Origin: Candidatus Obscuribacteraceae bacterium
Lineage (GTDB): Bacteria; Cyanobacteriota; Vampirovibrionia; Obscuribacterales; Obscuribacteraceae
Direction: 5' to 3'
Length of the DNA: 64,000 nt
Assembly: GCA_044226015.1 (NCBI GenBank)
Contig: JBGAHS010000008.1
Span: 480,001 to 544,000, forward strand
Every line of letters begins with the position of its first letter. Position 1 is the first letter of the stretch. This document shows, piece after piece, positions 12,001-20,400 of this stretch. The notes beneath the pieces were generated by a model. The model saw only the letters and a list, made by a program, of their open reading frames with translations, made no database searches and was not told where the DNA came from. Position numbers and translations under genes: made by a program.

Positions 12001-13908
12001 TCCGCCGACCAAGAAATCATGCTTGCTACTCGTTTTGATGGTAATCTGAGAAGCAGAGCCGTCTGAAGGTCCCCCATTGCCAATGATGGAACCGCTGAGC
12101 AAATCCCCCGCGCTAATGTTGATCGATGCTGGGGTACTGGCACCGGCAGACGGAGTGTTGTCGATACTTCCGATAGTGACTACCTGACTGCCACTGACTG
12201 TGATATTTGCGGCGTCGCCTTTGATGCTTCCCACACCGACCGAACCGAAAGCCGCAGCTCCACTGTTTATAGTTGCCGTCGGGTCAACACTGTTGAAACC
12301 GGTGTCAATCTTCATGTTTGCAAATGAAGGCACGGCACTGGCGATATTTACTTTTGCAAGATTATTAGCACCACCGCTAGTGTCAATCGTCCCAAGCGTA
12401 ATTGAAGTGAACGAATTTTTTGTTCCAGCCACAGCGGTGAAGTTCCCACCAGCAGTCGATACCGTAGAGCCAGGGCTCATACTTATCGTCCCTGCACTTG
12501 TCGCTCCAGCATTTGCGGACATATAGACGTGCCCACCAGCGGTGTCGATCACTGTTCCTGTGGCAGCCAGGCTGACATTACCTCCCTCTGGGGAGAGCTT
12601 ATTGATCACATATTGAGTATTGTCGATGGGGTCAGGCAGTACCCCCGCCAGCAGCACCAGGTCTCCGCCGCCAGTGCTGAACGTGGTGCTGGAGTCAGCC
12701 GTGATGTTGCCTCCAGCGAGGTAAATCAGAGGCTGTCCAACAGCTGACTGCGAGCCTGAGAGATTAATGTTGCCGTTGAACGCCGAGAAACCAGGATCAC
12801 TCTTGGCGAGCATTGATCCGAGATTAAGATCGCCAGTATCGACCATGATATGGACATTATTGCCTAATGTATTGATCTGACTACTAACCTTGTTTACGTG
12901 AATATCCACGTTGCCGTAGTCATTGAAAACATTTAGTTGATTCGAGAGAATGTCGCCCCCGAGTATGTTTACAGCAGAACTGCCGGTAAAGAGGGAGTCT
13001 CTGACATTGATGTTGCCAGCCAACGCACTAATGACGCCGGCGGTATTAGCAATTGAAAGACTGTCTTTTGCTGATTGTGTGGCGAAATTGATATTGCCAG
13101 CGATTGAACTCAGCAAGCCACTGTTGACCACCGAAGGAGTGAGAATAGTGAGATTATTCAATGCCTGAATGGCAGGCTGCGAGCCAGTAGTGCCTGTCGG
13201 AAGAGCATTCACGATCGAAGTGCCCGCAATCAAGTTTAGATTACCGGCACTAGTTATTTGTCCCAAGTTAGTTATGGTTTGCGCCGCATTTAGTGTGAAA
13301 CTAAAGTGCGGAACGACGCTGCCCAGCCAACTCATAGAGCCAGGAATATTCGACGTAATCAATCCAAGTTGATTGTTCAGGATGTTCTGTGCATACAGAG
13401 TGCCGTGAGTCACTGCTGTATTGTTTGAGTACAAATACATCGTGCCAGAATTGGTCAGCTGATTTCCAAAGTTGAATGAGTTGGCGTTGGCGAAATTAGT
13501 GAACGCTTTCACCCCTTGAGGAATCATCAAACCGGTCATTGAAGCCGCGTTTGGTATGTTATTGACTACAAAACCGCCACCCGTTGCAACTCCGAGCGCG
13601 TTGATTTGGAGGTACTGCTTCCCAGTGTTCAAGACTTGATTGAGAGCTACACTTTCAGCCGGTGTAAGCAGTGTGCCGTTGCTCACGTTGACTCTAGTGC
13701 CACCGATAGTGATGGTGGGTGCATGTTTCGCATTATCTGGTATCACCGCTGACACCGATTTGGTTGCCGAACTGAGATCCACATTGCCTGTTTCAGCTAA
13801 CGCAGACCCCGATTGCATACCCAACAACAACAAGCAAGTTTTTGCGATGACCCTGTTGTTATCGAGTCCTTTGATTGACACTGTTTTCTTTCTGGACAAT
13901 AGTTGCAT
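1..13908 (-). CDS. Giant secreted beta-strand-repeat (filamentous-haemagglutinin/S-layer-like) protein, >=4636 aa, 3' end outside window
   Basis: ATG at 13908 with AGGA just upstream. Manual translation gives MQLLSRKKTVSIKGLDNNRVIAKTCLLLLGMQSGSALAETGNVDLSSATKSV (basic N-region, hydrophobic core, AxA site). The same frame is open at spot checks (12781-13500, 8041-8100, 5521-5580, 4021-4080, 1-60: ...ATVAGNGGNIQISGSPVGPI). It is absent from the ORF track, consistent with no stop codon inside the window. Rich in GxGGxI/GNGG repeats. Confidence 0.93.
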   Translation of the reverse strand, partial: MQLLSRKKTVSIKGLDNNRVIAKTCLLLLGMQSGSALAETGNVDLSSATKSVSAVIPDNAKHAPTITIGGTRVNVSNGTLLTPAESVALNQVLNTGKQYLQINALGVATGGGFVVNNIPNAASMTGLMIPQGVKAFTNFANANSFNFGNQLTNSGTMYLYSNNTAVTHGTLYAQNILNNQLGLITSNIPGSMSWLGSVVPHFSFTLNAAQTITNLGQITSAGNLNLIAGTSIVNALPTGTTGSQPAIQALNNLTILTPSVVNSGLLSSIAGNINFATQSAKDSLSIANTAGVISALAGNINVRDSLFTGSSAVNILGGDILSNQLNVFNDYGNVDIHVNKVSSQINTLGNNVHIMVDTGDLNLGSMLAKSDPGFSAFNGNINLSGSQSAVGQPLIYLAGGNITADSSTTFSTGGGDLVLLAGVLPDPIDNTQYVINKLSPEGGNVSLAATGTVIDTAGGHVYMSANAGATSAGTISMSPGSTVSTAGGNFTAVAGTKNSFTSITLGTIDTSGGANNLAKVNIASAVPSFANMKIDTGFNSVDPTATINSGAAAFGSVGVGSIKGDAANITVSGSQVVTIGSIDNTPSAGASTPASINISAGDLLSGSIIGNGGPSDGSASQITIKTSSKHDFLVGGATVNGFTGSGTVVQAIGGGAKGNAGGVHIINSGADVIVQSLSISDGTGGSIDVRGNGGEGGLVELQAPEGRVEVPTTLTNKYFFTSGAVTGGTVTLGGSALRIVGAYPLNIEASATGASGRGGVINLVTTGTKSNLIVADQVGGLIINATGGPSGTIADGGNVTLTAGNDLTVDPAAIVANPQATASGAGAKLNFVATKGNLNVVGALNVDASISGSGGAVNLTGQNITVAGGISAVGAGTFSGGGVSLTNNNESGKSIINGSVDVSDSNGTGSGGSFQTNLAGSLYVGGSINASAGTDPLNTAAGGTVDIIVGDTGVFRVGAGAVGTGVAGSISVRGAAGAAATGAGSISITNNNKNAGGIFVASTSVFDLDPGSGAGGRFTMKSPAGPVVLNGNIDASAAATGDGDGGIVTIEGSTVYVSGSIVADAAGKGKGQKVSISSHSDTVPFVAGLTATTNGVRGLVSSNGGVDGNGGTVEFIAGKGGLTISQLSQVSVSAGANKGDGGVVTFKTDGLLSFSQGGQLDVSGSGSDGKGGSVNLSADYIQVLGVLPLSLVANGSTTATSNVADAGKISIEQKSQTQDLNIGSQAGSLQITANTGIAGGTGASVVIKSGKDLNVDSNYLHTSTFVDGDGASITLAAGTEDAAGTLFVQGGLDANGKGAGAGGTISIDTNSPVSFRVDTNANSSGITGVMSVQAGSTGGKASGSVSIKNKQGGIYIATPGLFDFSGSSSGKGSTGGSLSLKADSGDIHIEGGTISVAGHGGAGSTDDSSGGTIQIKGFTVTLGGVIPVTLDASGSSVGDKANGGSIDIYSEANAIALGTQAVQFRLLAGGGHSGSAEGDGGSVTVRAEGNLTVDAAGLDVTPKGANGGGGDISLSLGNGQGQLLVIGSLDASAVGDGDGGDILLQENSSNTIFDVGLSSTSNGVTGSLLANGGASGGGGTITVNNLSPGGGGITLWSTAALALKGGTNAPTNALGNGGQLTFDAGANGIVTLITDKTNNTIDASSNTSKASLGGSFSFTGKSVVTQGPRPLTLLALSAGSGGSFKVKSTDATNDIYVGTGTVANNAQFVVDIHNFNIGTDGGQVSIDVGGAVTLDMSSLLISNASGNKVGGTLDAVSHNAGSTTVNGDIILTGGVAGGSVSLSSPHNVYVQGSINTKGIAAAISISSSSSSPFNQDSSATVNGITGSLDVSGSAGNLTISNSGTGGIIIGDPSQIFLNGKEGSNLTLDSAAGPIQLTPHFDPLFEIVSGLSAPGSPSGVISIKGNTISVVPIPVTFLGIPYTFRTFPISQAGTSIVSTSPGSTLYLGTPFANGVQVSNLYIDGNIGVSSGQNIVATFGTFNIDTNGSFAGFSGLSVNHILTTPAGTGGVVDLRAGTGGAGNIQIFGDILANGPFVSLASTDKFSGAGGTVNLHMNSQLPFFVGDNSGGNGISGSIIANGSDIGGFGNNPSGGKISIVNDGIGGINFVAGALLQADGGATFALNTSTNGNLPRMFGGGGSIEIRATAGDISASGGTVSASGAAGGIGYQNSVGVGDTSGGSISFISLNTLSSGSTVLDLIAAGTSGGNGGSISLVSTALGSSAQPIAVGPGGLTMTATGGSTNSVFGDGGKIIVNVGSALSITAGGIANGPLGLNGSGGTYQLTVESVGTSLNPVNLDVSGVGFGDGGSVTISDSGKGVSIVGNISANAGNQLGSGGSVFLNVVGGVPFVVSTNVVSANGLTGLLQAKGQGAPGLPRDGGSIALANPGGITIDSSAGLDVSSSGGGNGGTIELSASSGAVFIDNSAGPGSYLISAAASGSGDQYDGGSIKINAKNFAISAAPNNPVIFNASGSGTGKGGSIEINATDAGIIMNIGDGTTAANDFELIADGGSAGGDGGSIVVSNGDQINVANSVSVKTSVEGRGGTISLTAGTATPASLFIVQSLDASGKGKGDGGLVNLSSTADLLVAGITANSESGNGGTVNVSLNSNSATQFVIGGGGLSGILTGVSVNGGTNPVGDGGSGGVITISNAGTQPFSIIPNTVQAKASSASAGGAGGTVSITNGGAVDFSAAGTIDVSATGTNVSYDGGSISISGTTLDNSGSAVVLKANAVGFGNGGSVSLTSSLSPIFLDTSSGFSVSATGGSAGSVAGDGGTFIASSGSDINGSSCVNCITLSPQGINGSGGILSLTAGTNGVGNILLDAPPSADGVGAGNGGTITLLAGKTAGDIQLFSGGLSANGGDSGSGGTITLVAASNVILPSFTNVVANGGSISGNGGAISITVGSGFNAVQTNISASAFFAGSGNGGIITIDASQGTLFLGNTNINADAFGVGTFGGGIINLTANDFSVLSFSPITAQGSGGGGGNISVLSLSSSSDVLIGAAGFSLDASEQLSGSGGSITVTSGRNVNVTDSSFLNVAASLNGNGGNIALTSNGTGSIDVAGALDVTGIGTGDGGAVSLVSANGLFVGGNIDASAGSVGNGGQILLSFNSNAPTVFTVGASASTSGVKGIIKSTGGSTSGDGGVVNIINAGTADMSFDAGSVVAVTPAQGAGGNVSISNANGAISFASGMTLDVSAAGVGQVNGGNISINAQTISNNILGLFANGAGDGNGGTVIFTATQGAINISDAGTTINALGAGDGNGGTISVAAGTDLNIGVTTCTGCLNVSPNSGGNGNGGNLVLLSGTFANGDLSVGASASVDASGAGNGAGGTIQMTAGTSQNSGNIKAQTQILAEGGSSGTIGGAGGSINISVNSTDALKIGANSGTNFIQGPISAKGGTPSIGDGGIGGIINVSNIGVSTDPLDGGISMNGGSIDASGGASGGGKGGSGGSITLTTVGGAFNVAGGSIDASGTDNTADGGSIIIRALSFNQIGSAGAGTLIVNASGSAGGGDGGTVRMSSTYSGFPPGSTTPNDYTLFLGKGDGKVSVQATGGGSFGDGGVVNISVGDKLDIDNSDLLVPGLLAHPTSLSGAGAQLTLVGGSQNCNAGINVLGDLDASGVGSGIAGFINMTGGNNVFVNGNLTADAGTGAGGVITIVSTSLSSFLFGQNGSSINGVTGVVSANGGGGIGDGGTITVNNTGSGGFGFFSNAPGMGVISAVAAGGPTGGNGGVVRITSSTGAMTFNGGSIDVSGGGPNSFKGGSIELSGASTQLTGLGTSSTTLTANGADLGDGGDISITATGGSGSLTVASQTDAVSVSANGGSNGGSGGHFKVVVPGSITISAAQLQLLSSANGNGNGGQLDLTAGNAGGVGNVFIQGTLDLSGAINGTGTGGSINILENSSQNFVFGAGATVNGVTGVSGPGNVALAVNGGGVAGNAGTITIKNQGVGGFTFNDAAISASAAQGDGGDVTLAGNGILSFGSADPVFGSISANAGGTGVVEGGQITITGKGTNYLTPAGHTSFSANGAGEGSGGSVTINAGSVSGSNLNIGSNPGQTSISAVAGNDPLAAAANGGTVSLTTGGNIIVDMSALLFNPTTNGTSNGNGGNLSLIAGSSGTGRLQVTGNINADGVGSGYGGSIILKSNVSSAFTITTTASPTNGVKGNISANGGSTVIGQALPEGAQVISITNSGLAGDIVLDGTALLMSTATQGHGGSISLVSDSGAIRLNGAINANAAGAQDWDGGSITLQSSTLSISGPAAASLMAAGTNAGFGGNVTVKTALSGVTLGVLPGQLSINNLGQAGNIVVSAGSNLIVNNLQTGPNAAGGDGANITLISGTDTGSANPSLLQINANLDASASGNTGNSGDGGKINLIANGTAIILGNLLANGSSAVSPGSTFGNGGSISISINPTSSTANPTFLLGGSVSADGGANGGNGGSISIAGSSSAVTLNTPSISASASSNASSVLPNGVFNGGLIDINIGTVAFPATSPFTAFASGAGVGAGGTIKFTSNGSLNIGSASGQFHPVAISGPNGGNGGALVVTVAKAITVNASGFDLAPQGPVGVGAKVVLQTGSGALTVNGVLDVSGPTGGGDITFTSSGSTIVVNGGLTANATVAGNGGNIQISGSPVGPI

Positions 13909-14412
13909 CTGTCCTAACCCTCACAAATGGCGGCACACAATAGAATTGTTCCCTTATTCGGCCGATTTGCAGGTAAGGGAAACACACTATAATGTAGGGA
14001 AGTATAGTGCCTCCGGCGCTTGGCCGTCCTTCTCTTTTGTTGTCAAGCCAACAGTTATAGAGATAATTAATCGTTCTAGCAGGTCAAGACGTAGTCTTTG
14101 CAACGAATTATTTCTAAGTAATCAAGAATCATGATAGGAGACTAAGCGTTTCATGAATTCTCATAGTAACTTTTTGAGGACTTCAATCCTACCCCAAAAA
14201 TTACAGTTTTCGGCACCACCGGCGATACCACTTTCCGAGTCTTCTCGTCCAAGCTTTTCATATCTCAAAAAAAAAAATCCGGAATTCCAATTTGCTTCTT
14301 CACGAGACTCTGGGAATCCGAATCTTCATCATAAGGGAACCGCTTCTTCAGCACATGCAGTGGGATCCGCTTCTTCAGCATAAAGTTCCTCAGCAGACTC
14401 AGGACTAACTCC

Positions 14413-14450
14413 GAAAAACCGAAAGGAGCCGCCATTCAGCGACTCCTTTC
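14413..14450 (-). terminator. Rho-independent terminator downstream of the 8124-aa gene
   Basis: Minus strand GAAAGGAGTCGC-TGAATG-GCGGCTCCTTTC (one G.U pair) followed by GGTTTTT, 25 nt after the stop codon at 14476. Confidence 0.75.
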
Positions 14451-14475
14451 TCGACCGTGCAGGTCAGGGCGTGAT

Positions 14476-17400
14476 TTACTTCTCTTTCTGTGCAGGTGCT
14501 GCAACCTGAACGAACTGACCATGCCTTGCAGTAACTTGAGTCAGGACGGCAGCCATCTTGACCAACTTATTGGCAATAGCTTTATCTGCAGGGTTGCTAC
14601 TGTTGACGAGGTCTTGCAAGAACTCGGAGTTTTCAGCTTGCATCAAAGTAGGCAACGGAACTTCAGCACGTTGCATGTACATTCCATTTGGAACTGGAAT
14701 GCCACGAACTTTACGGCGTCCCATTGTGTCTTTTGATAGGGCACGATTAACACCGGTCTGATCCCATCCGAGAACGGATTCTTCACCAGCTGCGATGTCG
14801 ACATATTTGCCGTCAGCAACAAGCTGCCTGATGTCTCCGTGTCCGAGTTCCCAAAGATTGCGCACTTTGGTTACTTTGTCAGCAACCGTGACGAGAGCAA
14901 TAGTGTTGGGTTGAATCATAACCATTGAATGCGGTGTCTTCACAACGGTTAGCTTGTCGGTTGAAACAAGAACCTCACCGTTGGTTAGCTGCATCACTGT
15001 TGGGTGGTCGAAGGAGATTGAAGCCTTACCATGTTTCACAACAGCTGTGTGAGTCGTGAATGTGTGGATACTGCCAGAAACTCCAGTCGAGCCGTTGAAG
15101 GAAATTGGCTTGAGTACTGCTTCCGAAGCGTCGTCGCTACCAATGCCTTCGGTGCTTCCAATTTCAGTCACAGCACCCACGCCAGCTGGCATGATTGTCG
15201 GCAATTCAAGCATCGATTTTTGTAACGGTTTTGGCGAACTGCCGCTGCCTGGACGTGGAGCGAGAGGCTTAGCTTCTTTATCTACTTTGTCCTTCAAATT
15301 CTTGATCTTGTTTCGGGTCTGGTAGAAACTACCTGCATTACAAACAAGCAGTTTTTCCTTGTTCATCATCATCTTCTGGTCGAATTTGCTTGCGCGAATC
15401 TTAATACCAGGAACGGTGATGCTACCTACGATCGGTTCACGATCTACCCCATCAACAGGAATCAATTCTTCATCAGACAACGATGCATCTGCCAAACAGA
15501 TTTCTTCACCAGCCTTAGCTGTGATGGTCTTTATCTCGCCATTACGGTTAACAGTGATGGTGGCTTCGTTTCCAGAGAGGTTAGCAACACGGGTGATACC
15601 GTCGGCAGTTTGCTGAATTACAGCAGCACTATTTCCAGCAACACTTACGTCGCCGAAGCCGGTATTAACCTTGATTGGTTGCTTACCAACCATCGCAACG
15701 ATCTTTCCTTGCTGCAATGTGACCGTACGATTGTCAGCTTTGAAGGCTGTGCCTTTTTCGCCAACCATCATGGTGTCATCATCATCTTCGAGGAAGAATG
15801 GTTGACATGCGCCACCAGCTATGTAGTAGGCGTTAGTTGCCTGAGCAGCGTTTTTCTTCAATGCGCTCTGGTCAAGCAAGTATTGTGCGTTTTGCTGCAA
15901 CTGGATGTTTACAGTTCTGGTAGCGTCTGTAGCGACAATGCCAGAGCCAACGGAATTGAACGAAGGAACTGTGTTTGAGCTTGTCTGAACAATTACGTTA
16001 ACACCTTCAACGGTACCACCCGGAGGAATAACAACTGGCACATCGGATGCAACAACAATAGGCGGCGAGGTTGTATACACGTTTGTAGCACCTGCCAGGT
16101 CGACGCCAGCACCAGCGGGTGGGTCAATCACAATGATGCCGCCCGCAGCATTGAATATATTGCCGTTGGTTATGGTCTTTCCAGGAATGTTTTCTGGAGG
16201 ACCCGATGGATTTTGATTTGGTCCTTGCTCTGTCATGACTACAGTCAAACCACCAGTTCGTCCGGAGGTCGCGCTTGCGAAGTTATTCGCAGCTGGCTTA
16301 AAGCCAAGCGGACTGGCACCATTATCAAAAACGTTGACCAGGGTAACAGCATTTCTTTGCTGTGATGCAAATTGCAGCTGCTGAGCTGGTGTGATGAGTG
16401 TACTGCCAGGGGTACCATTCACGGATGGGTAGACACCAGTCGGCACGCCAGCATAGAGACCAACGGCTCCACCTGTGTGGTTGAACATTTCGAATCCACC
16501 AGGCGCAAGAGCGCTATTGTCCAGAGGGGCCTTCTTGCCGTAATCAGTCTTCAAGGCGATTACGAGAGGATTTTCCTGAATCAACTGAGTCGTCGTGCTT
16601 GCCGTTGAGCATGATGGACAGTCGACGGTGACAGACGAGCTGCTGCCATTTGCATGGAAAGTAGTGGTCTGGGTCAGGAAGCCAGCCTTGCCGTTTGACA
16701 TAACGCCAGCAAAAGTATTAACGACTTGCTTGGCATCAGGAACAATCATCGAGACAGAGAAGATGTTATTCGGCTTGGCGCTGCTGACATCTCCACCACC
16801 TGCGCTTAGAACAATTCTGTTTGCTACATCTACTATGACATTGCCACCATAGGAGCCCAAGGTCAATTTCTGACCAGCGACAAACGAATTGGCAGAATTG
16901 ATGATAGTGCCACCATTGATGGTGCCCTGGCTCCAGGTCGATGGGTCGCCATTGTCATTGAAATTATTCATGTCTAACGAACCACCCCAGGAGGTGAGAT
17001 TAACATTGTAACCAAATACAATGTTGCGAGGTCCTTGTCCAGTTACTGAACCAGAAGCCTGGTAGCCACCGGAAGCCTGGTCTTTACTTGAACCAACGAC
17101 ACCGCCGAAGATAGGAGCTCCGGGGTTATACGGGTTACGGTTGTCGATCAACACGCGTCCAACTGACTTAAATGGCATACCAGCAGCCGTTGAACTCATG
17201 TTCAATGGAATACACAATGGGCACTTGCCGTAGCCTGTGAAGTTGGTGTTGTTCTTCCAGGTAGACCACATCTGGGTCTGCTGGACGCTTGGTCCCTTGC
17301 CAAGGTCGTAAGCGAATCCATCAGCAAACTGACCAGCAGAAACTGTTATACCCACTGGCGTAGAGCCCACCGAAACAGGGTTGCTTCCACCTTGTGTGGT

Positions 17401-20400
17401 GGGTGACGCATTCACGTTGTACTCGATGACATTGCCCAATGTAATCTGCTTAGTACCAACAATTGTCACATTGAAAGCCGCAGAGATAGTGGTGCCATCT
17501 TGAACAACCAGATCACTACCACCAACAATGAGTCCACCATTTGTAATTGCAGCCTCATTTGCAGCCTTTTGATTTGGATCTAGTGCTCTGATTGTGACAC
17601 TTCCACTGGTAGACTTCATGTATCCGCCAAGTCCACCGAAAATGACCGGAACTGAAGAGCCCTTCGCATCAGCATTGTTTCTCACGGTGATATTGAGGTC
17701 GGAATGGCTTGTGTCCCAACCAGTGTCAAGAACGCTGTTGCCATTAGAGTCGACAAGGAAGAACCCTGGGGCTACTGGCTTAGCTATAGCGGCACCACCA
17801 GCGATGGCATTAACACTGCCGAGAGCAGTTTCGAGGTCCATAGTGACACTACCAAACGGCGCATTCAGGTCGATTCTGCCACCGTTAACATCGATAACGC
17901 TGTTGCTGCCTCTCCAAGGCATATTCAAATCACCATGCTCAACAGTGACTGACATTGAATCTTCGGCCGAAACTTTGTTGTTCAAATTCAGGTTGAAGGC
18001 AGTACCGTAGCCAGCTCCCTCAAAGTCAAATTCGATGGTCTTAGTACTACGAAGAGCATTGGTCGCACTTCCAATGTTCAAGAAAGTCTGGTTTCCAGGA
18101 TTGCCGACAGAACCGCTAAGTTTGATTAGCAGACCACCAGCATCACCATAGATGTAGTGATCGCCGGCTCCTCCATTGGCAATTCCATGCTGAGTTAGCT
18201 TAGTCGCCGGATTGAGGGCTTTGCCATCCAAGAAGATAACAGGTGCATCAATAACGCCACTATCAATGTTTGTGTTCTGAACAGTGACTCCCGTAGTCGC
18301 AAATGCTTTGCCATCCAGGGTATTCCTATTGGTCAAAGTAATTTGGGTTCCAGAGGAAATCGAGAAGTCATTCGTGATGTTTGGAACGTGCAACGACATG
18401 TCTGACGCTGCAACGATGTTGGTAGCAGTCACAACTTTATTAGCGAACTGCAAGTGCACCTCACCAGGCTGATTGCCCGGCATGCTCAGCGTGAGCGTAG
18501 CCTTGCTTGAGCCTGGCGTGACTGCCGACGTTGCAAAAGTTATCGGGTCAGCGGCCGTTCCAATATTGCCAGCCAGTGTGCTTATGGTAGCTGATGGAGT
18601 TGATGATTTGAATATAATCAAACTCGAATTGTCACCGCGAGTGATATCGCCACCAGCAGCCAGAATAAAGGTATTACTGGAAGCATCAGTGAAATTGATA
18701 CTCTTGCCCGCATCGAGAGCTACCGCACTAGCTGTAGACTGAAGCTCAAACTTACCTCCAACTGTGATTTGCTTGCTGCTTAAGCCGAACAGATTTGGCA
18801 TGCTGCTCAGATGAAGCTGAGATACACCTGTGTTTACCACCTTAGCGTCTTTACCAGCAACAAAGGACAGCGTTGCAGGGTTAGCTCCAGCAGAACTCAT
18901 TGCAACCTTGACATCGATGCCACCAGTTCTTGCATAGAAGGAAGCATTTGTAGCTGACAACACTCCGTTGTTAGCATTGCTGATACCAGATGCTGAATTG
19001 GTAGCCATATTCAATGTATAAGCGTTTCCGACACCGGGCACACCAGAGACATTCAAGGCATCTTGCTGAATACCAGCCGTCATAGTCTGGCTACCTATAT
19101 TCACTGTCGCTGCATGAATCGCAGAAAAATCTCCACTGCTCATTGAGTATGCACCAAGCAGCCCCGCACCACCGAGGAAAACATTCTTCACTGCAGTATC
19201 AGGTAGCAGCGTGAGCACATTGGTGCTGGTAACAGCGGTACCCAGAGTGAGTTTGCCGCCACCCAATCCCGACGCGAGTTCAATTGAATTAGAAACCACG
19301 CTCAGGTCACCATCAACTACAAGTTCCGAACTTCTAACTGCAAACAGGATGCCGGTCTTTCCTGTCGGATTAATCGACACAGCCTTTCCGCCGGTGAGGA
19401 CGCTGAACTTGCTGCCAGCGTTGCCGGTAACTATGAATTGACTTGTGGGTGAGAATGTGATTCCGCGAGGATTGTCTGATGTCTTAATCGCACCATTTCC
19501 ATTTACGTTGATGTTGTCGGTAGCGATATTCAAATCAGAACTTACTGCGCTATTGATCGATAGAGTTGCGTTGTTGAAAGCAAGGGTTCCGCTAGTGATG
19601 CTTACATCACCGCCAGCTGGCAATTTGCCCGCCGGATCACCAATAGTCTGGTCACCGTTGAAGGTAATCTTGTTGAGAATACCTCCAGAGCTGAGGTTGA
19701 CATTGATTACGTTGCCACCAGCATTCTTGATAGTTCCACCACCGCTTATCGTCATGTCACCAGTTGAGGTGATGGCGATAGTGCCATTAGCTTTGCTAGT
19801 GAGGACATTGCCAGCGTTGTTGAGCGTGCCACCGTCGATGTGCATGTTGATGTCGCCATCATTTCTGACGGTCTGGTTAGAACCGATGTTGACACCACCT
19901 GCAGCACCACTGGTATTGAAGTTAGCATCTCCATTACTCAAGAAGAGAGTTGAAGCTCCAAAGCTGCTGTTAACAGAAACCGTCTCATTGGCTGCCATAT
20001 TGAAGTTGTAAGCACCAGCACTTCCAAGAGCGATCTTGGCAATACCGCCTCCAGAGGTTCCCAGGTTGACTTGCAAATTGCTTGCACCATTTGTCTGGAA
20101 GCTCATGGCGTTTCCGCTGACATTCAGAGTTGGGTTAGCACCGTTGACACCGAGATTTAGGGTGTTACCGATGAATGCAACATTGTTGCCTCCAGCACTA
20201 CCTGCTGTGAATATCTCCGCACCGTCATTGATTGTGATGGTGTTGCCACGCATGGTGATGACCTTTCCGTCTCCACCATAGAAGCTTCCAGAGCTATTAA
20301 ATGTTAGATCTGCACGATTTCCGCTTGTTGGCGTACTACCTTGAGCAACCGTGTCGATGTTGCCTTCCAACAACATTCCATTGTCGGCTGTGACACCGGT

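Noticed and set aside
14476..16200. CdiA-type toxin tip or autotransporter barrel at the C-terminus of the 8124-aa protein
   Set aside because: No VENN/pre-toxin motif, no downstream immunity ORF, and no terminal aromatic residue or beta-barrel pattern.
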